DNA of 44,276 bases from Deltaproteobacteria bacterium (GTDB lineage: Bacteria > Desulfobacterota > Desulfobacteria > Desulfobacterales > B30-G6). The translations under genes were made by a program, and so were the position numbers. Under the pieces are notes generated by a model. The model was not told the origin of the DNA and ran no database searches. It was given only the letters and a program-made list of their open reading frames with translations. The DNA lies in NCBI GenBank assembly GCA_024639645.1, contig JAHEIB010000002.1, positions 1 through 44,276 of the forward strand. The letters run 5' to 3'. Shown one piece after another: positions 43,715-44,276 of this stretch (the stretch's first letter is position 1; every line of letters begins with the position of its first letter).

Positions 43715-44276
43715 TCATGCGCTTTTCGGCTTTACGAGGTTCCAGCCTGCATCCGAAAGAAAGTGTACCAAAACACCAAAGCTTTGAGCATCGGCTGCGC
43801 TGGCATTTCCGTCGAGTCCGCGTTTGTATACGCCCTGGACGATGGCGGCAAGACGAAACATGCCGAAGGCCATGAAAAATGACCAGTTGGGAATATCTTT
43901 GCGCTGGGTACGTTTGCAATAGGCCGCCGCATAAGCATCCACGGTGGGAATCCCAGTTGTCTCAAAATCGACATCAGATATCCCAAAAGCATTAGCGCCC
44001 AGGGAAGGCAGGTAATAGCCCATGCAGTTGTAAGCCAAGTCGGCCAGGGGATGTCCCAGGGTGGAAAGCTCCCAGTCGAGAACCGCCACCACTTTAGATT
44101 CAGTAGGGTGAAAAATCATGTTTTCAAGCCTGAAATCACCGTGCACAATAGTGGCACGGTCGTCATCCGGTATGTTCTGTGGCAGCCATTCCATTAAATT
44201 GTCCATGCTTTGGATGGGCTCTGTTTTGGAAGCCATATATTGCTTGGACCACTTACCCACCTGTCTGGTCATGTAG
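43715..44276 (-). CDS. aminoglycoside-phosphotransferase (APH)-fold kinase, C-terminal part; N-terminus lies beyond the window
   Basis: It has the catalytic-loop motif IVHGDFRLENMIF and the metal-binding VLDWELS. The frame stays open to the window edge. Confidence 0.8.
   Translation of the reverse strand, partial: YMTRQVGKWSKQYMASKTEPIQSMDNLMEWLPQNIPDDDRATIVHGDFRLENMIFHPTESKVVAVLDWELSTLGHPLADLAYNCMGYYLPSLGANAFGISDVDFETTGIPTVDAYAAAYCKRTQRKDIPNWSFFMAFGMFRLAAIVQGVYKRGLDGNASAADAQSFGVLVHFLSDAGWNLVKPKSA

Overview
This is a 44.3-kb chromosomal window. Its protein families (PerR-rubrerythrin, a non-pyrrolysine MttB homologue, many crotonase and acyl-CoA dehydrogenase genes, dense REC/HK signalling) suggest an anaerobic, Desulfobacterales-like deltaproteobacterium; that is inference only, as no marker gene is present. 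I can support about 40 protein genes and found no rRNA, tRNA or CRISPR array. Gene order, left to right: a small DMT transporter; an orphan membrane-anchored protein; a beta-oxidation-like cluster (acyl-CoA dehydrogenase, AtuA-like DUF1446 protein, crotonase, divergent thiolase); an Lrp-headed glycine-cleavage operon (gcvT fused in frame to an SHMT-like domain, gcvH, gcvPA, gcvPB, lipB, lipA); a crotonase, an HD hydrolase, LysE and MFS transporters, PerR-rubrerythrin, a DUF3109-like Cys-rich protein and a stand-alone PEP/pyruvate-binding-type ATP-grasp protein; TetR-SulP; a four-gene two-component cluster; two unknowns; ilvD; a CBS protein; an orphan MttB-family methyltransferase; a decayed IS110-like element; a PQQ sugar dehydrogenase, WrbA and a truncated binding protein; a small Cys/Trp protein, a HAD-like unknown, a crotonase and a partial APH-type kinase. 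Three things stand out. (i) A GcvT-SHMT fusion sits inside a gcv operon that carries its own lipoylation genes. (ii) The intergenic DNA is assembled from several short-repeat families: A hairpins with Tn3-like ends; mosaic B miniature elements that share their ends with the IS110-like remnant and bracket two gene cassettes in inverted orientation; D repeats; and TAAGC / GAGGGTT / ACCTAAA k-mer arrays. (iii) Several uncharacterised proteins lie in suggestive contexts. All functional calls come from motif recognition by eye, because no database search or RNA model scan could be run.
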